IMG/VR virus record: IMGVR_UViG_3300045988_007060
Location: 1-43,620 of that record
From: a virus
Lineage: Duplodnaviria; Heunggongvirae; Uroviricota; Caudoviricetes
DNA: 43,620 bases
Direction: 5' to 3' (one strand)
Shown here: in pieces, positions 35,196-43,620 of the stretch
Layout of the letters: each line of letters starts with the position of its first letter
Position numbering within the stretch: the stretch's first letter is position 1
Notes under the pieces: generated by a model
The model's input: the letters and a program-made list of their open reading frames with translations, nothing else
Database searches by the model: none
What the model was told of the DNA's origin: nothing
Made by a program: the position numbers and the translations under genes

Positions 35196-36677
35196 TTACT
35201 GCTGAGCGGCGTCTTGTTGCTGCGCCGCCTGCGGAATCTCTCCTGCTACCTGAGTAACAGCACCTAACGGCAAAGGGACATCCTCAATAGCATTCTGAAT
35301 GTCCTCATCTGTCCAGTCAGTTACACCGGCCTTGCGCAATGCCGCGTAATAAGCGGTGGCCGGTAACAGGCCCGCGTTAATATCTGCCATCCACTGCGCT
35401 CTGTCCTGCGCGGTCATCGGTTGCAGGAAGAACTCCATGTTCAGTTTGAACTCAATCTCGGTGTCTTCACGCAATCCAAGCATCGCAGCAACCCAGCGCA
35501 ACGCATCTGTATACGCCATGCTTACATTACGAGCGATTGTCGCCATAACAGACGTGTCGGCGCCGCGTTGCAGTCTGGCCGATTCAGCGGTGATTTGCTG
35601 CGTCGGGGTGATAAGCTGCGCGCCAATCTGGATTGCCTGATTCTCTTTATCCAGCATGTTCTGCTTAGCGAGGTTGTTCTCCTCCGCCTGAACCAGAAAC
35701 GCATTGCCGCCGTAACCGATGTTGTGACCCGAGCGCGACCCCATGCGTACGCCGTGAGGGTTGGCTTCTTTCCACTGTTCCATGCTCATGTTCTCGCCTG
35801 GGGCGATGAACAGAGTGGGTTGGCCTACAACGAAGCTGGACTCCTCATTGTCCGCGCTGTTGCGGAAATGTCCGATATTAAGTTCAGCCAACGGCAGCAA
35901 AGGCGCATCGTCAATAGTAGCGTCGTTGTTGCTCGCCCCGATAAACGTGAAGGGGATTTTGCCGCGCAACTGTTCTCCGAGTTCCGGGAATATTTCGATC
36001 ACTTCATCCTGTGCGCCGCCTTCGGCATCGAAACGATATATTCGCTGGCGATAACGACCGTCAATCAGGTCAAGGACGCGGTATTGCTCGCCAAACTTGG
36101 TTTCGAACTCCGCACCCGGTTCTGAGTATTCCCATGCCTCACGCAGCACGACCATAGTCACACGGTTCACTGAACCTACGCGTGTCAGTCGCCAGTTGAT
36201 GATGTTCTCTGCGGTATAGAATGCGATGACCGGGTTTAATAATCCAGCGTTCTGTTCGGCTGCCGTTGCCGCGGCGGTCTCTGGCGCATCAACCAGCAAC
36301 CCGCCACGGCCTACCGAGTCAATCTCCATCAGCGTATCCTGCGCGTGCTGCCACAACCCGACACCAGAACCGTCGGCATTGCGTAACAGGTACTCCATTT
36401 CAGTAGGAATAATCTGTTCAGGGTCTTTGCGCATGACACTGCCGACCATCCCAGCCAGGGTACGTTTCGTGAAGTTGTAGCAGATAGCGCCGTTCTCATA
36501 TTCTTCCTGGCGCTGGTCTGCGTATTTCTGGTCCGGCTCGTTCTTCCCGACGTTGCGCAGATAGCGAATAAGGTCGCCTTCCAGCGCGTGGCGTACCTTC
36601 TGCCATTTATTGAAGTGATGCAGCCATTCCCGGTGTTTTGTCTTAACACCCTGATTCTGACCGTTCATAGTTAACAT
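35196..36677 (-). CDS. portal protein
   Basis: AAGAGGA RBS; 493 aa immediately downstream of large terminase. Confidence 0.8.
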   Translation of the reverse strand: MLTMNGQNQGVKTKHREWLHHFNKWQKVRHALEGDLIRYLRNVGKNEPDQKYADQRQEEYENGAICYNFTKRTLAGMVGSVMRKDPEQIIPTEMEYLLRNADGSGVGLWQHAQDTLMEIDSVGRGGLLVDAPETAAATAAEQNAGLLNPVIAFYTAENIINWRLTRVGSVNRVTMVVLREAWEYSEPGAEFETKFGEQYRVLDLIDGRYRQRIYRFDAEGGAQDEVIEIFPELGEQLRGKIPFTFIGASNNDATIDDAPLLPLAELNIGHFRNSADNEESSFVVGQPTLFIAPGENMSMEQWKEANPHGVRMGSRSGHNIGYGGNAFLVQAEENNLAKQNMLDKENQAIQIGAQLITPTQQITAESARLQRGADTSVMATIARNVSMAYTDALRWVAAMLGLREDTEIEFKLNMEFFLQPMTAQDRAQWMADINAGLLPATAYYAALRKAGVTDWTDEDIQNAIEDVPLPLGAVTQVAGEIPQAAQQQDAAQQ

Positions 36678-36689
36678 TGAATAATCCTC

Positions 36690-37940
36690 TTAAAGTGCGA
36701 AAGTCACCGGGATGTTGATTACTGGTTTGACCACTGGCATCTCGTAAACTACAGGATAGCCGAGAGCATCCGCCATATGGTCGATGATGCCATCTTTGGA
36801 TGGCTCCCCGTTATCGTCGTATGCCTGCTGCTCCAGCGTCTTAGCTATCTCAGGGCATAAGTGGTCGTTAACCCACAGCTTACCTTTTTCCAGTGCGGTA
36901 TTCACGGCTAAAACACGGTCTTTAACCGGGGGGTTGGCGGATTTAGCGCGAACATCGAAGCCGGCCTGCTGGAGTAATGCAATATCGGAGATTGATGCCG
37001 AGTTGGTTTTGCGGTTCTTGCCGCTGGCGTCGGGATAAACGACGATGCGGTGGCCTTGCGACTTCCACTTCTCGGTAATTACGCGCACAGTATCTGGCGT
37101 ATCGAACAGTCCTTTCAGTTCTGCCACCGCGTGCCAGCCGTCTTTACGTTGCACATATACGGCGCTGGCGTTCTTAGTAACGTTGAAGTCCTGGCCGATG
37201 TACAGCGTGTCGCCCGGTTGAATTGTCTCTTTGCTGCGATGTTTGTGGCGGTCGTATGCGTAATACACGCTGCCGGAGGTCAGGTTGACGAACTCACCAT
37301 TCAGATACGCGTTAATCAGTTGCGCCGGGTAAGTCTCTGTCAGCGAGCTAATGTAATCCGGCGGCAGGAATCGCGCATTCTCGTGTGTTGAAGCCTGCAC
37401 CATTGAGTAACTCGGTGTCGGGTTATCTTTGAACTTGGCAAAGACGAACTTGAACCCTTCCGGCGTCGTGGTTACAGAGATGTGGTTAGTTACGCCAGGA
37501 ATAACAAGACGCATACGGGCAACAATTTTGTTCCATGCCAGCTCAGCTTTCTCACGACTCAATACATCGAGTTCATCCACGACCGCAGCCGCGATTTTGA
37601 AACCAACGATAGAACCTGGGTTATCCATCGAACGGCAGATAACCGTACCGAGCACCGTCTTACCACGAGTAACCACGACTTCTTTGTCGCCGGATTTAAC
37701 CAGCACATCGAGCCCGAGCAGGTTCGCCGCCTCCTCGAATGTCGGGTAGAAGATGTCGCGGATAGCTGGATAGGTCGGGCCGAAGTAGCCCAGGCGCGTA
37801 CCGGGGTGCTTGAGCATAAACGTAAGCAGGTCCAGACAGCCAACAAATGTCTTGCCGCTGCCGAAGCCACCGACATAGGCCTTGTATTTGTTATCGCAAT
37901 TCAGGAACAGTGCCTGCGGGGCGGATAGCTGAATACTCAT
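36690..37940 (-). CDS. terminase large subunit
   Basis: Walker A GGFGSGKT near N-terminus; C-terminal nuclease-like region; followed by portal. Confidence 0.85.
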   Translation of the reverse strand: MSIQLSAPQALFLNCDNKYKAYVGGFGSGKTFVGCLDLLTFMLKHPGTRLGYFGPTYPAIRDIFYPTFEEAANLLGLDVLVKSGDKEVVVTRGKTVLGTVICRSMDNPGSIVGFKIAAAVVDELDVLSREKAELAWNKIVARMRLVIPGVTNHISVTTTPEGFKFVFAKFKDNPTPSYSMVQASTHENARFLPPDYISSLTETYPAQLINAYLNGEFVNLTSGSVYYAYDRHKHRSKETIQPGDTLYIGQDFNVTKNASAVYVQRKDGWHAVAELKGLFDTPDTVRVITEKWKSQGHRIVVYPDASGKNRKTNSASISDIALLQQAGFDVRAKSANPPVKDRVLAVNTALEKGKLWVNDHLCPEIAKTLEQQAYDDNGEPSKDGIIDHMADALGYPVVYEMPVVKPVINIPVTFAL

Positions 37941-38482
37941 TCCTCTACCTCGCCCATGTTCGTTGTTACGATTTTACCTACAGGCTCTGCGACACTGAAA
38001 ATAATCTCAGTCGGTGCTGTTTCTTCGGTGGATTCAACCGGTTTCTCTTTGCCAAGACCTAGCTTCGCAGCGGCAAACGTAGCGGATATGCCCACCGCGC
38101 CTGTCTCAGTGAAGTATGCCTCTTCCAGTGCCTGCGCCGTTTCATAGGCTTCTGCAAATGCGGGAATCTCGCGCAGCCACAGCTTGATAATCGGGATAGT
38201 GACGCCGATATGTAAGGCGAAGCGGGCCAGTGACGGTGGCTTATCCTGAATCAGCGGGCGTTCGTCGCCCTTAGACGTAGGCACAAGTTCCCATGACGTG
38301 CGGTCGAAGAAACGAATCAATTCGTCACAATAGTCCGGGTCCCACAACGCAGCGGAATTACGGGATGATTGATAAAGGCTCTGTTTACCGCGTGGCCGTT
38401 TACGGCGACGGTTTGCGCTAACAGCTTCTTCATGTGCAGCTTGCACCACCTCTGGAGATGGCTGCTTAAGTTTCAGCTTCAT
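37937..38482 (-). CDS. terminase small subunit (putative)
   Basis: ATGA-coupled to large terminase; HTH-like segment ARFALHIGVTIPIIKLWLREIP; AAGGGGA RBS before ATG 38482. Confidence 0.55.
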   Translation of the reverse strand: MKLKLKQPSPEVVQAAHEEAVSANRRRKRPRGKQSLYQSSRNSAALWDPDYCDELIRFFDRTSWELVPTSKGDERPLIQDKPPSLARFALHIGVTIPIIKLWLREIPAFAEAYETAQALEEAYFTETGAVGISATFAAAKLGLGKEKPVESTEETAPTEIIFSVAEPVGKIVTTNMGEVEE

Positions 38483-38575
38483 AGAATCCCCTTGCATATG
38501 CGTCTGACCATCAGAGCGCACCAGACGCGCCCTACGCGTCTAAATGGATTATATAAGGGGATTGGGCGGGATGTA

Positions 38576-38598
38576 CAGAAAAGCCCTCCGTAGAGGGC
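38576..38598 (-). terminator. rho-independent terminator
   Basis: GCCCTC-CGTA-GAGGGC then CTTTTCTG on - strand. Confidence 0.6.
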
Positions 38599-38603
38599 TT
38601 GTA

Positions 38604-38819
38604 TCAATATTCAATCCAGCGTATTACACGGGAATATCCTATCTTAAAGCCATCAAGCCCCTGCCACTTATACCCGCTCCAGTACGCTTGTCCGGAGTTA
38701 ATACTTTTATCTCGTCCTTTGCTTCTTGTTATCACGTCGACCTTTTTATACGGTTCCGGGTATTCGCCGTGTTGTGGTATTCCGGAGCGGTTCCACTTGA
38801 AGGGTTCCATATCTTTCAT
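38604..38819 (-). CDS. hypothetical protein
   Basis: GGAGAG RBS before ATG 38819. Confidence 0.4.
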   Translation of the reverse strand: MKDMEPFKWNRSGIPQHGEYPEPYKKVDVITRSKGRDKSINSGQAYWSGYKWQGLDGFKIGYSRVIRWIEY

Positions 38820-38931
38820 CTCTCGCTCTCCAATCAATTATATAGGCCGTGTCGAGGTGCTCTTTTACCATCGCCGCCGTAGTGGTCGTTAGCTACGGCA
38901 ATAGCCCAGGCGTTTGGTATGATTAGTAGTC

Positions 38932-39114
38932 TCATTTGAAAAACCACAACAGGACGCCTGCCACTCCTGTTACCCCCATGCCTAAAAACATAGGCCACCA
39001 CAGATGGCCAGGAAGACTGTTAAACAAAGTCGGTTGTTTTATCAGCACAACGAAAAAGGCCAGCCAAAATACCAGGTTGCCCGCGGCATCAAGTGCCTTC
39101 AAAAACTCAATCAT
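38932..39114 (-). CDS. small membrane protein
   Basis: Two hydrophobic segments; coupled to upstream gene. Confidence 0.45.
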   Translation of the reverse strand: MIEFLKALDAAGNLVFWLAFFVVLIKQPTLFNSLPGHLWWPMFLGMGVTGVAGVLLWFFK

Positions 39115-39347
39115 TCCCTGCTCTCCTCTTTAGCAATGCGTTGCTCAGTTTTAGTGATACCCCGGCGCGTGAATAACACCGGGCTTGTCTTAACGTGCGT
39201 CATCAGACGGTTGTTATAAATTACGTGGCGCTCGCAATCAACGTCTTTGCTGTACTTCGCAATCGTCATCTCGCAGATACCGGTTTGTCGGCAAGTCTCC
39301 GACATATTTCCGTACTTTTCAATCAGTTTAGGGATGCTGGTAATCAA
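39111..39347 (-). CDS. putative HTH DNA-binding protein
   Basis: HTH-like segment SETCRQTGICEMTIAKYSKD. Confidence 0.4.
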   Translation of the reverse strand: MITSIPKLIEKYGNMSETCRQTGICEMTIAKYSKDVDCERHVIYNNRLMTHVKTSPVLFTRRGITKTEQRIAKEESRE

Positions 39348-39625
39348 TTTGTCTCTCCTTTAGTGACGGTAATATCTTTCTTGTTAAGGTCTACAAAAAT
39401 AGTATGTACACCGCTTGTGTAAATGTGGCACCGCGGGATGAGGCTTTCTGTTGTCCATAAAAACTCGTATGGACGGTCGGCGCGCACCCTTCTAACCTCA
39501 AACTTGCCATATTTAACAATAACTCCGTAGTTATGTACCGCGGAGGGGTTGCAAAATCTACAATAAACGGCTTCTTCTATAGCGGATTCAATATCAGTGA
39601 ATCTCGCGGAAACAGTACGTGCCAT
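39344..39625 (-). CDS. hypothetical protein
   Basis: Coupled ORF in - strand early cluster. Confidence 0.45.
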   Translation of the reverse strand: MARTVSARFTDIESAIEEAVYCRFCNPSAVHNYGVIVKYGKFEVRRVRADRPYEFLWTTESLIPRCHIYTSGVHTIFVDLNKKDITVTKGETN

Positions 39626-39629
39626 ACTC

Positions 39630-39818
39630 TCACCCCACTATCTCGTCACCAAGCCACGCCGTTTCTCGTATATCGTCGACCACACAGGCGGCGTGCTCAC
39701 GGCTAATTGCAAAAATGTAGAAGCTGAACCTCTTTCCGTCGGCGTCGATGTGGTTAACCGAGTAGGGTTTCCACAGGACGCCATCGATAACTACTGGTTC
39801 AGGCGCTTTCATATCCAT
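39630..39818 (-). CDS. hypothetical protein
   Basis: ORF in - strand cluster. Confidence 0.4.
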   Translation of the reverse strand: MDMKAPEPVVIDGVLWKPYSVNHIDADGKRFSFYIFAISREHAACVVDDIRETAWLGDEIVG

Positions 39819-39996
39819 CGCCCGGGACTTTGTTCAGGTTGAAGCGGTTGATAAGTTCACGGCGTGTCTCGTAAAGCGACTCCACCATTTGTTCAGCTAC
39901 CGCGATTTTAGTATTCAGGACGTGCATCACGTTACCGATGTCTACGCCGCCGTTAACGGCCTCTACCATCATCTTTTCGTATTCACGGTCAGTCAT
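39799..39996 (-). CDS. hypothetical protein
   Basis: ORF in - strand cluster. Confidence 0.4.
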   Translation of the reverse strand: MTDREYEKMMVEAVNGGVDIGNVMHVLNTKIAVAEQMVESLYETRRELINRFNLNKVPGDGYESA

Positions 39997-40151
39997 TCTT
40001 TACGCTCTCCCCACATGCGATTGAGATACTTGTTCTTGTCCGGCCCCGGGAAACTGTTACGTTTCATTAGTTCCTCGCGTGTCGGGAACGGGGTGTGGTT
40101 GACTTTAAGGCCTACACGTAATGGCTGGCTTGCTGGGCCTTGTTCGCTCAT
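39993..40151 (-). CDS. hypothetical small protein (52 aa)
   Basis: AGGAGAG RBS, ATGA coupling. Confidence 0.3.
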   Translation of the reverse strand: MSEQGPASQPLRVGLKVNHTPFPTREELMKRNSFPGPDKNKYLNRMWGERKE

Positions 40152-40297
40152 TTCTTCTCTCCTGCATAAGCTGCTTTAAGCGCCTTCATCGCTGCGGACC
40201 AGAACCACTCCGCAGGAATGTTTCCACCCAGGTTACTAACGGCAATACGTGCCATCAGTTGTGCGTCTTCGAATGCCTCGATATCTGTGATTTTCAT
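40148..40297 (-). CDS. hypothetical small protein (49 aa)
   Basis: AAGGAG RBS, coupled. Confidence 0.3.
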   Translation of the reverse strand: MKITDIEAFEDAQLMARIAVSNLGGNIPAEWFWSAAMKALKAAYAGEKK

Positions 40298-40394
40298 TTT
40301 CCAAACACTCCTTTAGTTTTCAGATTATTGCGGTAGAACTGCATCACATGTTCGTTATGGAAGTTACTCATCTTCTCTACTCCGTTCTCGTTAT

Positions 40395-40423
40395 CGATGA
40401 AGTAAATATAATTGGTGTAAGAG
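40395..40423 (-). promoter_or_regulatory. sigma70-like promoter
   Basis: TTGACT(40423-40418)-N17-TATATT(40400-40395) on - strand. Confidence 0.55.
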
Positions 40424-40454
40424 TAATAGTCAACTAGTCATTACAGAAAATAGA

Positions 40455-40484
40455 TAAAAAAAATCCCGGCTGGGTCAGGGCCGG
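40455..40484 (-). terminator. rho-independent terminator after lysis cassette
   Basis: CCCGGC-loop-GCCGGG followed by TTTTTTTT on - strand. Confidence 0.8.
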
Positions 40485-40551
40485 GATAAAACTGGAGAGT
40501 AGAGGGATGGAACAGGAGGTGATTTAAGTATCGTCAGATTGGTCTTAGGTG

Positions 40552-41040
40552 TCAACCTTTCACCGCGCGCCCAATAGCCTCCGCCTCTTGCCACGGTTTA
40601 CCGCCAAACAGTGCCAGGCGACCAGCGGTACGGCGACGCAGACCAAGTAATGGTTTACCGTTCTGGTTAATGAACAGCGACAGCTTGGTCCGTAACGTCG
40701 CGGTATCACCGGAGCGCAGTGCCTTACCGGTGCCGGTAGTAGCCGCGATAACACCCGCACCTGCGTTATAGACCAGGTCGCACACGGCGTCGAACTGCGC
40801 CTGTGTCAATGAATGGTGTGCTGCCGCATCAACCGCAGCTACGGCCTTAGCCATATCACGGTTCAGTAACAGGAGGCCTTGTCCTTGGGTGATGGTCTTG
40901 CCTGGAGTCACGTCCGGCCCGTAATGACCGTACCCAATAGTCAGGTACTTCTCGCTCGGTGTAGCACGATACGCAGTTCCACGGAATCCCTCAAATGCAG
41001 CGGTGAAATGCAACCCATTATCTGAAATATTTCGAGACAC
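40552..41040 (-). CDS. endolysin (T4-lysozyme-like muramidase)
   Basis: FEGFRGTAY..TIGYGH catalytic-region signature; GTG start at 41040 with GGAGG at 8-nt spacing. Confidence 0.8.
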   Translation of the reverse strand: MSRNISDNGLHFTAAFEGFRGTAYRATPSEKYLTIGYGHYGPDVTPGKTITQGQGLLLLNRDMAKAVAAVDAAAHHSLTQAQFDAVCDLVYNAGAGVIAATTGTGKALRSGDTATLRTKLSLFINQNGKPLLGLRRRTAGRLALFGGKPWQEAEAIGRAVKG

Positions 41041-41290
41041 GCTTATGTCCTCCGTATGACAGCCACGCCTGACGAATCTGACGCAGCGCAACTAATGTGA
41101 TTAATGTTTCAGGCAGCGTCGATGACATGCTGCCCTGTAACAGGTGGATACATCCGGCAGCGCAGACGATAGCGGTCAGGATATAGAGCACACGACCGAA
41201 TAACCCGTCGTCAACGCTGGGGTGATATACATTAAATAGCGATGTGCCCCCGATGGCCAGCATACCGCCGAACCAGAATAACTCATTCAT
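41018..41290 (-). CDS. second holin-like membrane protein (2 TM)
   Basis: Start ATG 41290 overlaps upstream stop; two hydrophobic helices; between holin and endolysin. Confidence 0.55.
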   Translation of the reverse strand: MNELFWFGGMLAIGGTSLFNVYHPSVDDGLFGRVLYILTAIVCAAGCIHLLQGSMSSTLPETLITLVALRQIRQAWLSYGGHKRVSKYFR

Positions 41291-41591
41291 CTGTGCCTCC
41301 TCGACGTGCGATGTATTCTCCGGCAACGATACTGGAGAGACGGGAATAGATAGGCATCCAGAGAACAGCGATGATAAAGCCCAGGCCAGCGATTTCACGG
41401 TCGCCCGTGATGCCAAACCATTGAGCTGCGAGAGGTGCACCAAATACGGCGCAGGTGAAGCCAGTTGCGATAAAGCAGAATCCGTCGATAGGGCCGGAAA
41501 TAACAGACTTATGTTGTCGTAGTCCGATAACCCCTCCGGCTAGCGCGGCGGCGAGAAGCCAGCCTGTCACTGTTTCAGTAAATTTATCCAA
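41283..41591 (-). CDS. holin
   Basis: ~100 aa with three hydrophobic segments, charged C-terminus, first gene of lysis cassette. Confidence 0.6.
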   Translation of the reverse strand: MDKFTETVTGWLLAAALAGGVIGLRQHKSVISGPIDGFCFIATGFTCAVFGAPLAAQWFGITGDREIAGLGFIIAVLWMPIYSRLSSIVAGEYIARRGGTDE

Positions 41592-41666
41592 GATGAATCC
41601 TCCAGGTGCGTATTAAGTATGCAGTAACTGGAGGATAGCACGGTTAGGAATTATCTTAATAACGGT

Positions 41667-41960
41667 TTATTTATGACGCCAGATGTATTGTCGTCTCTGC
41701 GGTTTCGTTGGAATATCATCGTATCCCAGCGATTTCCAGTAATTAAATAGCCGATTAGCTATAGCCGCACGTTCCTGTGTTTTGAACTCACCGAGATTCA
41801 CGGCCTTACCGTTCTGGAATCCGCAGGCGCGGACAGCTTTGCGCCTGGCCTGAATCTCAGGGTACAGCGCATTACGGCGACGCTTGTATATCTGTGTTTT
41901 AGCTCTCGGTGACAGCGGCGCAAGGCCGCTTCGTTCCAGGATGTCAGTTGCAAGAGACAT
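41667..41960 (-). CDS. hypothetical basic protein
   Basis: AAGGGGTGGAG RBS; TGATG coupling. Confidence 0.45.
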   Translation of the reverse strand: MSLATDILERSGLAPLSPRAKTQIYKRRRNALYPEIQARRKAVRACGFQNGKAVNLGEFKTQERAAIANRLFNYWKSLGYDDIPTKPQRRQYIWRHK

Positions 41961-42139
41961 CACTCCACCCCTTCCACATGTGTAATTGATCCGCAGTTCG
42001 CGCACTCGACGTAATCCGGGAACTGGTCTTTGTATTTCTGTAACTCGGCTTCTAGTTTCACATAATCGTTATATAAGACCCAGTGTCCTTCATCACACGG
42101 GGTTACAAAACCACCCTGGAATAAGTATCTCTGTACCAT
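41960..42139 (-). CDS. hypothetical protein (Cys-containing)
   Basis: AGGAGA RBS; coupled. Confidence 0.4.
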   Translation of the reverse strand: MVQRYLFQGGFVTPCDEGHWVLYNDYVKLEAELQKYKDQFPDYVECANCGSITHVEGVE

Positions 42140-42141
42140 AA

Positions 42142-42345
42142 TCACTTCTCCTGTTTACCAAGTCGCTTAGGTGAGCAGATAGCGCGTACCTCCGAATCGT
42201 TGGGCTTGTCACCCTGAAACAGGAAGTGTGCGTTCTCCGCGGCGCGTGCCGCTGACTGGCACGCCTCCATCGAGTAAAACGTTTCTGATGCCGCTAGTTG
42301 CATCTGGCCTGCGGACAATACCCAGATAAATAAGATGCTGGTCAT
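42142..42345 (-). CDS. small protein with N-terminal signal-like segment
   Basis: ATGA coupling; hydrophobic N-terminus. Confidence 0.4.
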   Translation of the reverse strand: MTSILFIWVLSAGQMQLAASETFYSMEACQSAARAAENAHFLFQGDKPNDSEVRAICSPKRLGKQEK

Positions 42346-42686
42346 TTCTGAACGTCCCACTCACGCGCACCGCATTCACAGCAAAACCGACTACCAGGCA
42401 CGTTATCCTTGTGGCCTTCAGCAATAAACAATCCGGGAGCGATAATCCAATTGTGCGCACACCCCTGTGCATCCTCCTTACGGCAACCTGATTGCTCAGG
42501 CTCGTGCGGGAATGCGTTAGCGAGAACCGATAATTCCCTATTCAATTCCTTAATCTGCGACGAAGCATCACGTAACTGATTCTTAAGTGACTGCACCTCC
42601 TGCGCCAGGTCTTCGCACTGGTTGCTATTTACCTGCCGCCGTAACTGGTCAATCAGGTACTCAAATACTTCGTTTTTGTTACTCAT
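42342..42686 (-). CDS. hypothetical coiled-coil protein with Cys-rich C-terminus
   Basis: Start at MSNKNEVFEY coupled to upstream mini-ORF; CCECG near C-terminus. Confidence 0.45.
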   Translation of the reverse strand: MSNKNEVFEYLIDQLRRQVNSNQCEDLAQEVQSLKNQLRDASSQIKELNRELSVLANAFPHEPEQSGCRKEDAQGCAHNWIIAPGLFIAEGHKDNVPGSRFCCECGAREWDVQK

Positions 42687-42807
42687 CTTCTGGATCCTCA
42701 ATACCCTCAGTGTGGGCGCGTTTTGTGTCCCCATCACAAACAATAACCCAGCCGAGTGTCGCATAATTCTTTGCTAATCCAAATACGTCTAAAATTTCGT
42801 ATTTCAT
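42679..42807 (-). CDS. hypothetical mini-protein (42 aa)
   Basis: First ORF after promoter 42838-42866; GGGGAGAG RBS. Confidence 0.3.
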   Translation of the reverse strand: MKYEILDVFGLAKNYATLGWVIVCDGDTKRAHTEGIEDPEDE

Positions 42808-42837
42808 CTCTGTCTCTCCCCTCGTTTGTGTAAATGA

Positions 42838-42866
42838 ATAGTAGCCTATTCTATCTTAGTGTGCAA
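42838..42866 (-). promoter_or_regulatory. sigma70-like promoter with operator
   Basis: TTGCAC(42866-42861)-N17-TACTAT(42843-42838); operator TGAATAGTAGCCTATTCT. Confidence 0.6.
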
Positions 42867-42949
42867 GTAAATTTTATTGGTGTTTGCATTGTTGCATCTC
42901 CTGCAATAGTCGCTTCGATTGTTGCGTTTAGTGAAATAGAACAAAAATG

Positions 42950-42980
42950 AGAAAAATGATACGCTGCTGTGTAGCAGCGT
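42950..42980 (-). terminator. rho-independent terminator
   Basis: ACGCTGCT-GTGT-AGCAGCGT followed by T-rich tract on - strand. Confidence 0.55.
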
Positions 42981-43014
42981 AAGTCACAAAGCCAAATAGT
43001 AAACTATTGACCTG

Positions 43015-43227
43015 TTACACCAGCGACGGTGGCTCTGGTAATGGCATCCAGTGTGATGGCTTCCACGAAGCGCCGGGAATTAGCCCCCCATCGCCAGCGT
43101 CAGGATGTCCCGGAATATAAGTAGCCCACTTCATTCGCCAATCACCTTTATGCCCGAACTCCGTTGCTACAATAACGCCTGTCATTTTTGGTGGTATCTG
43201 CTCACTACACTTAATCCACTCACCCAT
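43015..43227 (-). CDS. DUF551-like phage protein
   Basis: GEWIKCSEQIP N-terminus typical of DUF551; GAGGTGAG RBS. Confidence 0.55.
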   Translation of the reverse strand: MGEWIKCSEQIPPKMTGVIVATEFGHKGDWRMKWATYIPGHPDAGDGGLIPGASWKPSHWMPLPEPPSLV

Positions 43228-43230
43228 AGC

Positions 43231-43374
43231 TCACCTCGTATTCATCACAGCCTGCGCACCAGCTTTCCACGCCCGCCACGCGAGACGCGTCTTAACGTTC
43301 AGGTACTCTTTCTTTGAACCCTTGTTAACCGTCAGACCCTCGACGACGGCCCACCGTTCAAATGCTTCTCTCAT
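43231..43374 (-). CDS. hypothetical mini-protein (47 aa)
   Basis: Coupled ORF between two listed genes. Confidence 0.3.
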   Translation of the reverse strand: MREAFERWAVVEGLTVNKGSKKEYLNVKTRLAWRAWKAGAQAVMNTR

Positions 43375-43377
43375 AAC

Positions 43378-43563
43378 TCAGCCCATCTTCTCTTTAACGT
43401 GCACCCAAAACTCACCGCAGTACCAGCACCACATAAGATTAGGTGTCTCGCGAACCCACCCGTAATCCCCGCGTGCGCGAATCGGGATAAAGCCTTTAGT
43501 GAAATAATAACCTGTTCGCAGAAACTCAGGGGTGCTTGCCGCTTTGACGGAATGGGTCACCAT
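43378..43563 (-). CDS. hypothetical protein
   Basis: TAATG coupling to an upstream gene running off the window. Confidence 0.4.
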   Translation of the reverse strand: MVTHSVKAASTPEFLRTGYYFTKGFIPIRARGDYGWVRETPNLMWCWYCGEFWVHVKEKMG

Positions 43564-43620
43564 TAAAATCGATTGTCCCGCTTCGTTGACGGAGGCAAAA
43601 AGCCGCAGAAGCTCGTCCGA

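Noticed and set aside
35421-36125. 234-aa + strand ORF antisense to the portal gene
   Set aside because: Overlaps the well-supported portal gene; no RBS or coupling.
1-43620. CRISPR array, integrase or retron-type reverse transcriptase
   Set aside because: No spaced direct-repeat array, no tyrosine or serine recombinase motifs and no RT motif were seen in any frame.

Overview
This window looks like a near-complete arm-to-arm segment of a tailed dsDNA phage of a Gram-negative (enterobacterial-type) host, with a lambda-like long-tail module; no integrase, tRNA or CRISPR array was seen. All calls are from reading the sequence and ORF track by eye; no searches were run. Left arm (+ strand, ~1.0-14.2 kb) is an early/replication module: AlpA-like HTH, AEP primase-helicase, a Cro-sized XRE regulator with divergent promoters, HNH-AP2 homing endonuclease, Cas4-like DUF2800 nuclease, DUF2815 SSB-like protein, family-A DNA polymerase interrupted by an intein, VRR-NUC, a methyltransferase-like protein and an SNF2 helicase. 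Right arm (- strand, ~14.3-43.6 kb) is tail fiber (SGNH esterase C-terminus), J/K/L/M-like tail tip, tape measure, G/T chaperones, major tail, head-tail connectors, capsid, scaffold, overlapped spanins, head morphogenesis, portal, terminase, small early genes and a holin-holin-endolysin cassette. Most notable observations: (1) the polymerase intein carries a complete HNH endonuclease in the -1 frame while the intein frame stays open; (2) a self-contained + strand accessory island (24.3-26.6 kb) inside the tail operon encoding a secreted protein, an HTH-metallophosphoesterase fusion, a second HNH-AP2 endonuclease and a small protein; (3) a ~145-nt structured noncoding element present twice (803-946 and 33390-33532) with compensatory stem changes; (4) a family of sigma70-like promoters sharing an embedded dyad operator.
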